Of a DNA stretch of 64,000 nucleotides, positions 25,983-40,000 are shown piece by piece. The notes under the pieces are model-generated. The model was not told where the DNA came from and did not search any database. It saw only the letters and a program-made list of their open reading frames with translations. The translations under genes and the position numbers were made by a program. This stretch comes from Malacoraja senta (lineage: Eukaryota): the NCBI GenBank assembly GCA_038087875.1, contig JAXLNO010002575.1:682001-746000 (forward strand). Reading direction: 5' to 3'. The number at the start of each line of letters is the position of its first letter. Position 1 is the stretch's first letter.

Positions 25983-26295
25983 GCGGCCTTGGTGGCAGCT
26001 ACTGTGTGCAGCGGTAGAGTTGCTGCCTTACAGTGCTTGCAGCACCGGAGACCCGGGTTCGATCCCGACTACTGATGCTGTCTGTATAGAATTTGTACGT
26101 TCTCCCCATGACCGCGTGGGTTTTCTCCAAGATCTAAGGTTTCCTCCCACACTCCAAAGACGTACAGGTATGTAGGTTAATTGGCTTGGTGTGCGTGTAT
26201 AGGATAGTGTTAATGTGCGGGGATCGCTGGTCAGCGCAAACTCGGTGGGCCGAAGGGCCTGTTTCGTTACTGTATCTCTAAATTAAACTAAACAA
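25983..26295 (+). mobile_element. HE1/V-SINE-type SINE
   Basis: B box GGTTCGATCC at 26056; same body and tail. Other + copies at about 8185-8350, 15893-16140, 32370-32642, 34360-34640 and 59618-59928. Confidence 0.85.
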
Positions 26296-26937
26296 AACTA
26301 GTAAATGATAAACTGCAACCAATCTGCCTCATAGCTGACTTGGATCATGAACAGTGCGAGCCCCCAACAGAGCAGCACAGTGTCACAACTCGTAGAGCTG
26401 CTGCCTCACAGCAACACAGACCCGGGTTCAATTTTGACCTTGAGTGCCATCTATGTGGAGTTTGCACGTTCTCCGTGTAACCGCATTGGATCCCTCCAGG
26501 GGCTCCGGTTTCCTCACACATCCTAAGATGTGTCAGTTTATAGTTTAATTGGCCACTGTAAATTGCCCCTAGTGGGTGGGTGACCGGATGAGAAGGTGCA
26601 ATGAGATAGAATTCATGAGAACAGGTGAACAGGTGGTTGGCATGGACTCGGTGGGCCAAAAGGACTGACCCCATGCTGTACTTTTTAATGACTCAATGAT
26701 ATCTCTAGGATTTGGTGCAGTGAATCCATAATGTTTAACTTTTTTTTTTACACTGAATTCACAATTTTCAAATATCTGATCATCAGAAACATTTAACAAC
26801 AGCACAAAGGCTAGTTGACAGTGGTGACTGTCGAGGCATTTCATGTGTAGCTGCTGCCTTATCCTACTTGAGATCGATCATTTCTTCAAGCCCAATACCT
26901 TTACTAGCAACAGTGCATCACAATTTTTCCATCTTAC

Positions 26938-27045
26938 CTCTCCTCTTTTTTCTCCACCAAACAATTACTGCCAAGACAATAGCCAGCAATATCAGCACAC
27001 ACGCGGCAATAAGGCCTATGTGCCTGTCTTTCTTGCTATTTCCTT
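26938..27045 (-). CDS. MHC class I connecting peptide/transmembrane exon (108 bp)
   Basis: tttttcag|AA acceptor, G|GTAAGA donor, phase 1-1. (E)GNSKKDRH-IGLIAACVLILLAIVLAVIVWW-RKKRR: hydrophobic helix followed by a basic stop-transfer cluster. Confidence 0.9.
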
Positions 27046-29717
27046 CTGAAAAATAAGAATGCATAATTTTACAAATCAATTGCTAAGCTGTGCAGCTAAA
27101 TAGATGGGCACTGTCTGAAGACTTCAGGGTGAAGAAGGGTCTCGACCCAAAATGCCACCTATTCCTTTGCTCCAGAGATGTTACCTGACCGCTGAGTTAC
27201 TCCAGCATTTTGTGTCTATCTTTGGCGCTTTTCAACATATATAAATATGTTGTTTTGAATCATGGAGTTCTGCAGCATGGCAAAGGGACAATATATGTTC
27301 TGTACAACTCTATGATCTATGGCACAATCACAGCCACAACTTAATTCATGAAAGAAGATGAATTGAAAGCAGAAAGCTTTAACCCTATATAAACTAACAT
27401 CTGTTTTGGGAAAAATGCTGGATTCCTTTCAGTAATGGCAGAACATTTAAGTAATAACAAAACAATAAAGTGCATTAACAGGGCATTAACAGGAAAATTG
27501 TAGAAAGAAAGAGATGCAGATACTGATTTACACAAAAGCTTTAGTTTAGTTTATTGTCAAGAGTACTGAGGTACAGTGAAAAGCTTTTGTTTCATGCTAA
27601 CCAGTCAGTGGAAAGAATATACATGATAGACACAAAATGCTGGAGTAACTCAGCGGAATAGGCAACATCTCTGGCGAACATGGACTCAGTCAGAAGGATC
27701 GTGACCCGAAACATCACCTATTCCTTTTCTCCAGAAATGCTGCCTGACCAGCTGAGTTATTCCAGCAATTTGTGTCCATCTTCGGTGTATACCAGCATTT
27801 GCAATTTCTCCCTACACATGGACAGGTGACATTTCGTTTACGGACCCTTCTTCAAACTTTGTTTGAGAAATTGATTAGAATTCTTTGAAAATGCAACAGG
27901 AACCCGTAGACAATGTATATTTGAGCAGCAGTAGTTTGCAGGTGTGCACAGCCTAAAATTCAAAAACAAAATGATGGAAAAGCAGAATAGGTAACAAAAT
28001 TGGAATGAGAAACAAAAGAAATACAATATATTGTAGAGATCCAAGCGTCGTGAACAAATCAATGTTTTTTTTAAAGAAATACAGTTTTGGCCCACTCGCG
28101 TTTAGTAAGGACTTGAGCAAAGTTCCTGCCGTTGTTATCGGGCACACCAGTTGACTGGCGATTAACTCATCACCAACTCCCACCAAAACCCTGTCACGTG
28201 ATAGTCCCAGCTCCCCTGACGAGGGTTCTAGCAATAAGTGGCCTGACCACCAGATGTCGCCACAATATCTGGATTTTCATAAGATATCTGATCAAGTGAT
28301 GCAAAGGCACATGGCTTATGACATTGCGGGTAATAATTAGCATGAATGGAAAAACAATTAAGAGCAAGCAGAGAGTTGGCTTAAAGGAGTGTTCAGGTTG
28401 GGAAACTGCAACTGCAGGATGGGAATCAATGCAAGAAAGTGAACTACTTATCGTTAGTATTAAGAGCAGATGAAGGGACTGGTGGCGCTGTAGCCTAGAT
28501 TGCTGATGATACATCGATAGGTTGAAAATTATGTTCTGGAGTATGTCAACAGTCTTCAGAGTGAAATACCAGATTCCTTAGTTGTGCATTGTTTGAGGGA
28601 ATCTTCAAAAGTGAGCATTTGTGTAGGTTAGTGCAGCATACCTCGAATCAAACTACGATCGCTGTTTGTCAGGCAGTTGTTTTTCGTTGCAGAAGCTGTG
28701 ACTTGCTTCAGGGAACTTACTTCATTAGGTTTAGTTTTATTAATGTCAGATGTTTCAAGATACAGTGCAAAGGTTTGTTTTGTATGCTATCCAAACAAAT
28801 TAGATAATACTATAGATAAATAAAAAACTCAAAAACAATAGATAGAGCAAAGAGGAGGATACAGAGTACAGAATATAGTTCTCAGCGTTGTAACACATCA
28901 GTTCCATAGACAATGTTCAATGTTCAATGAGGTTGAAGTGAATCGGGCATTAAACCTACATTATGGAAGGACCCTTCCGAAGCCTGTTAACAGGTGGAAA
29001 GGGGGTGTTCCTGAGTCTGGCAGTGCTTATTTTCAACTTTCAGTACCTGTTGCCTGATGGGAGCAGGAAGGAGGAATGTGAGAAAGGTGGGATAAGTCTC
29101 GTTTTCCAAGGCAACCTGGTGTAGATTGGGTCAATAGTGGGAAGTCTGGGCTGTGTGATGATCTTTAACTCTTTGTATATTCTTGCAGTCTTGGGCAGTG
29201 CAGTTCCCAAATCAAGATGTGATGCAACCCAACAACATGCTTTCTCTAGCAGCATCTATAGATGTTTGCTGGAGTAACCAGAGACATGATGAATATTCTC
29301 AGTCTCCTGAGGAAGTAGAGGTGTTGGTGTGCCTCCTTGGCTATGTGGCCAGTCCATGACCGAATATTGGATAAATTCATGCCAAGGAACACGAAGCTCT
29401 CAATCATTTCCACTTCAGACTATTGATTCAGATTGGGGCATGTACTCCCCCAGTGCCTTGCTGTTCATCACATCATGAGGAAAGATTCATTTTTTATTTA
29501 AACATACATTTCATGGATATCAGTTCCACCACTGAGAATCCCAAATACTCCTTCCTTGTATATTAGTTATTTATTTACTTACTTTTAATAAATTTTCTGT
29601 TGACAAAGTCTTCTGCTCATGTGGAGAGTGGGTGCTGATTACGTGATTACTTAGAGCAACACCACTAAACAAAGAAAGTTTAAGCATCTTGGAATATGGG
29701 ATGTACTACATGGGATG

Positions 29718-30761
29718 TAGCAATGTCACAAAATTTTGAGATTTTAAAAATCAAGTCTGCAATTTATCCCATCAGATAAAGCATAAAAAGAAGTTTAATT
29801 TGACACCTAATTCACTTTCATATCTTCTGTATTAAAAAAGTTTGGCAATTTTCATACTTGGAAATTAGCATCTTGTTCCCTATTGCTTTTCCATTGACTT
29901 AACACAAAAGCTGTGATCAAGGACAGTCAAAAGCCCATAACTTTCTTTAAAATTAAGAGAACTTAATGAAATTTTCAGTTATTATAGATTGAAGCATTCT
30001 GAAACAAATATGAAACAATCTTACTTGGATGACCTGAAATTAAAGCATATAATTAGTTAGTTAACCAATTGTAGCTAATTACAAAATTCAATTACTAGAT
30101 CTAAATATCTATCCATTTCTTAAGAAAAAGTTAACATTTTTAAAAAGCCTAAGTGTCCAAATAACATTCACACAAGAATTCACAATAAAACATTATTTTT
30201 AAATCTCAGTGTCATTAATTTATAGGCCAAATGGAAGGAATTTAGTGTTTAATTCCTGTAAATTAATGGCCATTTAAATCATCTTGCGAGTGGGATTTTG
30301 TGGAACGCGCTGGTTTGTAACGCTGCGGTTGCACTGAATTAAACCCCAATATCGGCAGGAAAAATACTGCCGGTTGGTATACTTAAATAATCACATTTTC
30401 GCAACTTGAAATTTTTATTAAAGGCATCCTAAGAAGCAAGTTTATATGAAAAAATAAATGGTGTACCTTGCCTTGTCCCGTGCGTGAAATCCGTCCCCGT
30501 TGTCGGCGTTTACGGCATTTGAAGATGATTTTAATTTTACTCCATCAATTAAATTATAAAGCGCTAATATTAATAAACTTAATAAAACGGCAGTCGAAGC
30601 GATTTTTCTTCATCAACTATTTAGCCTGTTCAAGATCATTTAGAACAGGCTGCCGAAATATCGCATTTTAAACCCGCCCCCCTCTCAAAAGCGCCAAAAT
30701 CGCGCACACGGGCAGTGACAGAACTGCAGCGCCGCTGAAGGTAAGTTTTGTAACATACCTA
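29718..30761. mobile_element. Possible non-autonomous DNA transposon
   Basis: Short inverted ends ATGTCACAAAA (29723) and TTTTGTAACAT (30746), 10/11 match; AT-rich body with a CpG-rich right end; no ORF. Confidence 0.35.
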
Positions 30762-30836
30762 GATGTAGTCACAATGATTAAAATGGAAACAACAGAAGAT
30801 AATGATTATCTATGAAAGAATATTTAACGTTCTTAC

Positions 30837-31103
30837 CCCAGATGATGGTCTTCCCACCGGGCAGGCTGCTGTGATCGACATGACAGGAATACTGTTTCCA
30901 ATCATATGGATCATACTCAAGGACAGACCTTAGATGATATGTTCCATCGTTGTTGGGTACGACCCCAGAAGATTTGGTCTCAGAGACATGTTGACCATTC
31001 TGCAACCAGCTGACTTTGATGGCCGGTGGGTAAAATCCAGACACAGTGCAGTACAGGACTGAATGATCATCAGGGCGGGCAGCGAGAGTGACCTCAGGGG
31101 AAA
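30837..31103 (-). CDS. MHC class I alpha3 (Ig C1-set) exon (267 bp)
   Basis: tcttgtag|TT acceptor, G|GTAAGA donor. VSPEVTLAARPDDHSVLYCTVSGFYPPAIKVSWLQNGQHVSETKSSGVVPNNDGTYHLRSVLEYDPYDWKQYSCHVDHSSLPGGKTIIW shows the C..FYP..W..PNxDGTY..YxCxVxHxSL pattern. Confidence 0.97.
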
Positions 31104-34100
31104 CTACAAGACAGAAAGATGGTTATTTTCACCTTCAGTAAAACGTGCAGTCACCCATCACAAAATATTCTTCAGTCTACTACAACCACCAAGTTACTGT
31201 CCGCATCTGGCCCATTTTGCCTCTTTCGTCACCATCAACCAAACACGTGGTTTAAAAGGGATCGTACCCTCCCTGTTAAGACAGTACACAAGAAAGTTTG
31301 GAAGTACGTACCATTAAATTCAGGAACAGCTTCTTCCCTGCTGTTATTGGACTACTGAATGATTCTCATGTAAGATAAGATGTTGCCCTGATCTTCCAAC
31401 CAATCTCATTGTGATCCTTGCTACTCTTTTTGATCTGCACTTTCTCTGTAACTGTAATGCTATGATATTGTAAACCGATATTATGCACTCTGAATATTTT
31501 ACTCTTTGCACTGATCTACTTGTGGATGGCTTGATTGCACATGTGAAGTATGATCTGATTGGATAACACACAGACAAACTTTTGACTATATCTCAGTTCA
31601 CATGACAATAATAAACTAATACCAACAGCAAATCTTTTCACTAGGGCACATTATTGACAATAATAAATAATTGACAAGTTACGAAATGAGGGCCAATTGG
31701 GGAGGGGACAAGCTTAAAATTGGCAGTATTTTCACTCCTCTTCAATAAGAAATAAAAGAGACCAGTCATTTGTTTACAAAATCTCTTTTTGCAGAGTGTG
31801 GTCATTCTCTGGCGCCAGAGATTTGTGAAGACAAAATCATTGGAAGCATTTAATATGGCGGTAGTTAAACTTTTGAAAGATTGGAGAATTGAGTGCAATG
31901 AGGAACTGGCACCGAACAGGAGTTGATGCCTGAGGAACGTCAGCCATGGTCATATTGAATGGTGGGCAGGTTAGAGGACCAAATGGCTTACTTGATAACT
32001 GAGGAGAAAATCAGGCTTCTGAATGATCGTTCCATAAGCTAGGGTACTGTCCAATTGACCACTACCCCATTACAGACAGTGGACTTTGTTTATGGAACTA
32101 TGCAGGAAGGAACTGTAGATGCTGGTATAAACCGCAGATAGACACAAAATGCTAGAGTAACTCAACGGGTCAGGCAGCATCTCTGGAGAGAAGGAATGTG
32201 TCACGTTTTGTGTCGAAACCCTTATCTAATGGAACTGGTGTGCTACATTGCTGAGAACTATATGCCACACTCTGTACATTCCCCTTTGCTCTACCTTCAG
32301 TACTTGAGTTGACTTGATCATATATATGTATGTTGTTATCTCATCCAATTGGATAGCATGCAACTACCTGGAAAGTTGCTGCCTTACAGTACCACAGACC
32401 AAAGTTCAATCCTGACAATGGGTGCTGTCTATATAGAGTTCATATATTCTCTCTGTGACCATGTGAGTTATCTCCGGGTGCTACAGTTCCGTCACATTCA
32501 AAGACGTGCAGGTTTGTAAGTTTTTTGGCTTCTGTAAATTGTCCCTAGTGTGTAGGATAGAACTAATATTTGGGTGGTCGTTAGTCAGCACGGGTTCAGT
32601 GGGCCAAAAGGCCTATTTCCATGCTGTACCTCGAAACTAAACGTGACAATAATAATCCGAAACTTATCCCTGTGCCTATCTGTAGATTAGTGTCACTCAT
32701 ACTGTGGCTCCGCCCACAGGCTTATTAGACAGCTCTCTCTCTCTCTCTGGTAGACTGGTGGTAAGCATGCTGAGAAGAAAGCGCCTTGTGTTTCCTCTGC
32801 AAAGTTACTAATAACCACTATGTGTGAGTTTGATCATTCTTCCAACACTATCTCTTGTGTTGTTACGTCTCTGGAACTAAGTGGTAGCTGCGCTTAACTT
32901 TGTTGTAGCATAACTGTTTATGCTGAACAATTCATGAAAAAAGTCTAAAAAGGATAAAATAACAAGTGATTCCAGCATGTTGAAAGATAATTGGGACTGA
33001 TACGTAATCGGTGGCACTGCGGCACAGTTCCAGTGACGAGGGTTCGGTCACAATCTTGAAACAGAAAAACTTAAACTGAGGCAGGCGCCTCAACTTCATC
33101 AATCCAGTGCTGTTATGACACTGGGCCTTAACATGAGAAAATTAGAAATTGGGTATTTCCTTAGGGCAAAATCAGACTTCTCAGAGACTTGAAAGCTGCA
33201 AGATAGTACTGGAATGTGGTGGATCTCTGCGTGCTGTTCCAGAAGAGGACGAATTGTACTTATGTACAGTATGACTTGACTGGGGAGAATGCAGAACAAC
33301 CATTTCACTGCAGATAGACACAAAAAGCTGGAGTAACTCAGCGGGACAGGCAGCATCTCTGGAGAGAAGGGACGGGGTGTCCAGCATCTGCTGTTCCATC
33401 CAAACCATTTCACTGCATCTCTGCATGCATGAAACTAAACAGAGTTATATAAAATGCAGCACATACTGCACTACTCAAGTAGGTCAGGCTGTCCTGATTT
33501 TGCAGGTGGATAACTTTACTGTAATTTAAAAACACACAAAAACGTGCAGGTGTAACTCAGTGGCTCAGGCAGCATCTGGAAGACATGGTTATGTAATATT
33601 TCAGCTTGGGATCCTGCTTCATACTTCTTGCATCTGTTCTTTCTGTCTTCAACTTAACAGTTGAAAGGACCAGTTCTTTTATCGACAGGGAATGCAACTT
33701 GTTGAATGTGGAATTGAGTTTGAAAGGCTGCAACATGTCCAGACAGAAGCTGAGTTGTTGGTCCTCAAGGTTACTTTCACCCTTGTTATCCTAGTGTAAG
33801 AGGTACAGATGGATGGATCATGGTGGGTGTTGAATGGAGAATTAAAGTGGCAGGAATTAGGAATCTTAGAAAGTCCCATGGATTGAATGGATTCTCCAGA
33901 AAGCAGCCATTCTATTTGTTTCATTGATGCAATGTGGAAGATTACGTCATGAAAACCAAATGCAGTAGATTTGACTGGAAGTCCAAGTGTTTCACGCTGT
34001 TTCACTTTGAAGAACTGCCTGGGTCTATGGAAAGTGGTAAATGGATTGATGTTGCTTGCACCAAGACAGGAAAGTAGAGGAAAGTTGTGGGGATAGTAGA

Positions 34101-35269
34101 CAGACCAGGGAGCGAAAAAGGGAATGACTACTTCAAAATATAGAATGGGGAGCAGGGCAGGAGCAGAGGGAGAAATGGATTGACTAATTGAATCAGATTT
34201 AAACTGGGAGGAAGTATTCAACATGGAGGCTGGAGGAGTGGAAAACATATCCCTCCCCTGTCCAATGAGAATATATAGAACATAGAACAGTACAAGAACA
34301 GGACTTTCAGCCTGCAATATCCATGTGGAACAGGATACCAAGTTAAACTGAGGCAACACAGAGGCACAGTGATAGAGTGGCTGTCTTACAGCATTAGAGA
34401 CCCGGGTTTGATCCTGACTAGAGTGCTGTCTGGACGGAGTTTGTACGTTCCCTCTGTCACCCTGTGGGTTTTCTCTGGGGGCTCCGGTTTCCTCCCAAAT
34501 ACAAAAGACATGCAGGTTAATTGGCTTCTGTAAATTGTCCCTAGCTTGTAGGACAGAAATAGTGAATGGGCAATTGCTGGTCAGTGCAGACTCAGTGGCC
34601 CAAAGGTGCTGTTTCCATACTCTATCTCTAAACTAAACCAACACTAATCTCCACTGCCTGCATGTGATCCATATCCTTGTATTCCCTGCATACCCACAAG
34701 CCTGTCCAAAACTTTCTTAAGCACCATTATCATGTCCTCCTCTACCACCACTCCTGGTAGCGCATTCTAGGTATCAAGCTCTCTCTGTGCAAAAAAACAC
34801 TTGACCTGCACATCTCGTGTAAATTTTGCCCTTCGAAGCTTAACGCTGTGCTCTTTTGAGATGTGTGATAGACATGCAATCCCATTAGGGGCTGTCAACT
34901 GTGGTCAAGAAAATCCATGGTTAACTAATATGAAATACATCAATTACACTTTCTCCCTGTCAAACAGGGATGTAATGCTGAGGTTCTATAAGGCGCCGGT
35001 CAGGCCACATTTGGAGCATTGTGAGCAATTTTGGGCACCATATCTGAGGAAGGATGTGCTGGCTCTGGAGAGGGTCCAGCAGAGGTGTACAAGAATGATC
35101 CCAGGAATGAATGGGTTAACATATGATGACCATTTGATGGCAGTGGGCCTGTACTCGCTGGAGTTTAGAAGAATAAGGGGGGACCTCATTGAATCATACA
35201 AAATAGTAAAAGACTGTTTGCCTTTTGATATTGGTTCAATTATATTTGCTCCCACAAAATTGCATTAAA

Positions 35270-37500
35270 AAACCTATAGTGAAAATTCTATAATATATAG
35301 TGGTATACGAATTTGGAAACAATTAAAAAAGACTTTAAAATTGGATAATTTATCACTCTGTCTCCCCATTATAAACAACCCTTTATTCAAACCTTCCATG
35401 TTGGATAAAGGCTTTACACAATGGAAAAATTATGGAATTAAAAAGATGGGACATCTTTCTAGGAAATGCACTTTTCTTTCATTTCAGGAGTTACAACAGA
35501 TTTACGGACTACACTCAAATAACTTTTTCAGATATTTACAACTTAAAGATTACATTAAATCAAATACACAAGATTACAGAACTAGGGAACCAGAAATCCT
35601 TGATGAATGTTTGAATAAACATCCTAATACAGAAAAATTAATATCTCATATTTATAATACCCTCTTAGATAGTGAGGTTCCGCTGACGGATTTATATAGA
35701 CACACATGGGAAAATGAATTAGGCCAACCTATAACGAAAGATATTTGGGACTAAAGTCTACAATATATACATCAATGCTCGTTAAATGCCAGACATGCCT
35801 TAATACAATTTAAAGAATTACATAGATTACATTATTCTTAAACAAAATTAAATAGAATCTTCCCACATATCTCTCCTATTTGTGATAAATGCCAGCATTT
35901 AGAGGCTAACTTAACTCATACCTTTGTAAATTGTATAAAAATCAAAAATTTCTGGAAGGACATTTTCAGAATAATTTATGAATTAGTCAATAATAATAAT
36001 AATAATAAATTGTATTTATGGGCGCCTTTCAAGAGTCTCAAGGACACCTTACAGTATTTAACAAGTAAAAAAACATATAATCGGAGTAAAATAAATAGTA
36101 AAGACATCACCAATAGACAAATTAAAGACAGAATTCGATCCAAAAACAAAAAAATCAGAAACACAATGTGACGAGAGAGCAGCGGCAGCTAAACCGCGCT
36201 AGCGTACACTCTCCCTTCCAGCAGCCATCTTGGACACACACTAAAATAATCACTAACACACAGAAATCATCCCCCCACTGGATGGTTACCACTGTGGGGG
36301 AAGGCACAATGTCCAGTCCCCATCCCCAGTTCTCCCAAAAATCAGGCCTATTGAGGCCTCAGCTATTGCCTCTACGAGGCCCGATGATCCTGGCCGTTCT
36401 CGCCGGGTGCTGTCGGGAGAGTCCTCTCAGCGGCTGGGCCATCTGGAACGCCCGCTTCCCTACCGAAGTCCGCGGCTTCCGAAGCCGACAAGGCCGCGCC
36501 GGTTTGGAGCTCCCAGACTCCCGATGTTGAAGTCGGCACCGCCCGCTCCGCTCCGCAGACCCGCAGCCCGGAGGTGTTGACCTCGGCAGTCACAGCTCAC
36601 TGGAGCTCCAGCGCGTCGATCCAGCGCGGCGACCCAGGCAAGGCATCGCCCGCTCCATCGCTACGCCGCCACCGAAGCCGAGGTGCTGGGCGGTCCCCTC
36701 CAGGAAAACGGCGCTCCACGCCCGCTGGTAGGCCACGAGGACGGGTCGACGGGGCAGCCCGGAGAAAAAGCTGCCTCACCGACCAGGTAGGGACCTAGAA
36801 ATATAGTTACCCCCTTCCCCCTACATTAAAAAGTCTATTTCTCCCACAAACAGAACACAGGATTCACTAGAACTACAAAAAAAAGTGAATTAAACGGACA
36901 GCTGCTGACCTAGCAGCCGTTCCCCAAGATGGCCCCTCCCCTTCTGGATCCCGACAAAACTAATAATATTAGGAATATCAGAACAAAGCCTAAGACTTAC
37001 AATAAACCAAAGAAACTTTCTTGATTATAGTATAATAATTGGGAAAAAATTAATATTAACATTTTGGAAAGGTCCTATAACCCCCACAATTAAAATGTGG
37101 ATTATGGAAATATCAGAGACCTTACATTTGGAAAGAACTAGACTTGTCTTAATTGACAAACATGAATTATTTAATAGAATATGGTCTCCATTTATTGATT
37201 TTTTGAAAGGGTAAATTGGTTCAGCATGGGAATCTGACTGAAATCCAAGCTCAGAATTAGATGAATAGTTATGCTTTATAACCTACGGACCTATCTCCAA
37301 AGTTGTATTATTGGTAAATTATTCCATTCTTCTTTATCATGCCTTTTTTTTAAATTTCTCACTTTCTATCTATAAAAAAATAAAAAAATAAATAGAAGCA
37401 GATTTAATATACAATTGATAAATGAGGACCACTATTATTTTGATAGCTGGACTCCCACCTATTAGCAAAGTAGGATTGATATATAAGAAATGTTTGTATT
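35270..37500 (+). mobile_element. L1 ORF2 3' fragment and 3' UTR, split by an insertion at about 35985-36945
   Basis: INNPLFKPS...FFRYLQL, then KKLILTFWKGP..PTIKMW..ETLHLER after the insertion; same type as the nested copy at 20930. Confidence 0.8.
35985..36945 (-). mobile_element. GC-rich non-autonomous retroposon with L2-type 3' tail and (ATT)n
   Basis: Minus-strand end TGTAAGGTGTCCTTGAGACTCTTGAAAGGCGCCCATAAATAC(ATT)n; no coherent ORF. Confidence 0.55.
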
Positions 37501-38212
37501 ATGATATGCACATGCTTCTAATAACAATATTTTTTTTTAAACAAACAAATAGTGAAAGGCTTGGATAGATGTGGATGTGGAGAGGATGTCTCCAATGGTG
37601 GGAGAGTCTACGACGAGAGGTCATAGTCTCAATATTAAAGGACATTCCTTTAGGAAAGAGATGAGGAGGAATTTATTTTGTCAGTGGGTGGTGATTCTGT
37701 GGAATTATTTGCCACAGAAGGCTGTGGAGTCCGTCAATGGATATTTTTAATTCTTGATTAGTATGCACATCAGGGGTTATGGGGAAAAGGCAGGAGAATG
37801 GGGTTAGGAGGGAGAGATAGATCAGCCATGATTGACGGGCGAAGTCGACTTGATGGGCCGAATGTTCTAATGCTGCAGCCATTACTTATGACCTTATGAC
37901 TCAATTGGCTTCCTCCATGTGCTCCAGTTTTGTCCCATATACCAAAGACGTGCCAGTGAGTTAGTTGGACATTGCAAATTATCCGTCGTGGAGCTGAATG
38001 TAAGGAGAATCCGAGGGAGCTGAGTGCAAGTTGTGAGAGAGAGCAGTGGAACGGTTTGTCGACATTGCATAGAAAACTAGCATAGAATCAATGGGCCGAA
38101 TGACCTTTCCCTCTGTCATGATTGGGTCAGAGATAATATGACTCATTGCCTCAGAGTGAAATATTACTCATTGCCTACCATCACAAAACAACATCCTTTG
38201 TTCTGAACTCAC

Positions 38213-38486
38213 CTTTTCTGGTCATGTATGTCTTTCCAATTGCATAGTATGTAAGCCATAGATCCACAGTCATGTTCTAACAAGCTCTTGAAATAACGGT
38301 TCATTTTTTCATTCTTGTCCCATTTCTCTTTGAAGGGCTCAGCTATTGGATCATGCACCGTCCACTTTAGTTTGTCCTTATCAAAACTAAATGCATATCT
38401 TCCATCAAAAGCCAACTTCAATATCCCTACAGTGGGACTGTGATCGTCTACCTCACAACCAAACTGTCCTTGAACGTAGTGATAAT
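38213..38486 (-). CDS. MHC class I alpha2 domain exon (274 bp; frameshift after Cys164)
   Basis: atttcag|AT acceptor, AG|GTGAGT donor. YHYVQGQFGCE...AFDGR...KW...KEKWD...LLEHDC contains C101, C164 and DG119-120. The last 18 codons read VDLWLTYYAIGKTYMTRK only if 2 nt are restored. Confidence 0.95.
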
Positions 38487-38699
38487 CTGAAATAAAAATA
38501 AAAATCATTATTTGATTAATTGTTATGACTGGGTAATTTCTGAACACCAGGGTGCAAGTTATTTATATATGTCACAAGTAGCAAGGGTCACAGCATAGAT
38601 CCCTGTGACAACTCTACTTGTCACTGAACTACAGCCTGAATATTTGGCCTTCCGTACAACTGTAGAGACCATATTATTGTATGGGTGTGATGCATGGAC

Positions 38700-39100
38700 T
38701 CTCACTCCAGCACTGTCCTAGTCTCTTGATGGTACCTACACCCGAATGCTCGGAAAAGTTTAAAATGTCAGATGGAGGGACCACATCACCAACGCCCAGC
38801 TCTATGGGGAGAATCCACCTCTGACCGAGAAGATCACGTTGAGAAGGATGAGGCTCGCAGGTCACTGGCTCCGTTACCCAGAAATGCCAGCGAACAAGGT
38901 TGTGCTGTGGGAACCCACCCATGGAAGACTTGACCCAGGACGGCCAATCAAGATGATGGTGAAGACGTTGATGGAAGACGCATGTGTAGAGATAAAAAAG
39001 GCGCTTGCCAGTTGCATGAAGGAGAGATGTGTGGTGCATCCGTCACCGTGCCCGTCGGAAACCAGCACGGCACTAATGTTTTCAATGATTATTATTATCA
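38700..39100 (+). mobile_element. RTE-clade LINE 3' fragment
   Basis: RRMRLAGHWLR...NKVVLWEPTHG...GRP; (ATT)n-like end at about 39087-39100. Confidence 0.65.
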
Positions 39101-39234
39101 TCCACTACACCCCTCTGTCCTGAGGATTTATCCACATTTCTCTTCAAGTGATCCAACATCTCCTTCTTGCATAACTTCAAAGTGTCCCTGCATGTTAGCA
39201 TTCTCCACATTGATTCTCCATGTGTAAGAAAGAA

Positions 39235-40000
39235 CTGCAGATGCTGCAGATGTTAAAATCAAAGAGAGACACAAAATGCTGGCGTAACTCAGCGGGTCAG
39301 GCAGCTTCCCTGGAGAGATGGAATGGGCATCGTTTTGGGTCGAGACCCTTCTTCATACTGATGTCAGGGTAGGGACAAAGATAGAATGTCGGCGGAGACA
39401 GTAAGACTGGTGGGAGAATTGGGAAGGGGGAGGGGATGGAGAGAGAAATCAAGGGCTATCGAAAGTTATAGAAGTCAATGTTCATACCGCTGGAGTATAG
39501 ACTACCAAAGCGAAATATGAGGTGCTGTTCCTCCAATTTGTGCTGGGCCACACTCTGACAATGGAGGAGGCCCAGAACAGAAAGGTCAGATTGGGAATGG
39601 GAGGGGGAGTTGAAGTGCTGAGCCACCGGGAGATCGGGTAGGGTAAGACGGACTGAGGGGAAGTGCTCAGCAAAACGATCGCCGAGCCTGCGCTTGGTCT
39701 CACTGATGTAGAGAAGTTGACAACTGAAACAGTGGATACAGTAGATGAGGTTGGAAGAGGTGCAAGTGAACTTCTGCCTCACCTGGAAAGACTTTTGGTC
39801 CTTGGACGGAGTCGAGGGGGGACGTAAAGGGACAGGTGTTGCATCTCCGGCGGTTGCAGGGGAAAGTAGCCGGGGAGCAGGTGGTTTGGGTGTGAAGGGA
39901 CGAGTTGACCAGGGAGTTTCGGAGGGAACGGTCTCTGCGGAAAGCAGAAAGGGGTGGAGATGGGAAGATGTGATCAGTAGTGGGATCCCGTTGGAGGTGG
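39235..40000 (-). mobile_element. Penelope-like element 3' part (GIY-YIG endonuclease plus terminal repeat)
   Basis: FQVRQKFTCTSSNLIYCIHC..CQLLYISETKRRLGDRFAEH...VAQHFN...LEEQHLIFRFGSL..SGMNIDF, then a CT-rich tract and the terminal repeat. Confidence 0.9.

Noticed and set aside
27860-27952. Acceptor followed by sequence vaguely like a class I cytoplasmic exon
   Set aside because: Lies upstream of the TM exon in transcript order and has no clear donor.
33679-34359. 226-aa ORF, the longest not assigned to a clear protein domain
   Set aside because: Overlaps a decayed Penelope-like fragment and its CT-rich tract; no protein-family motifs in this frame.
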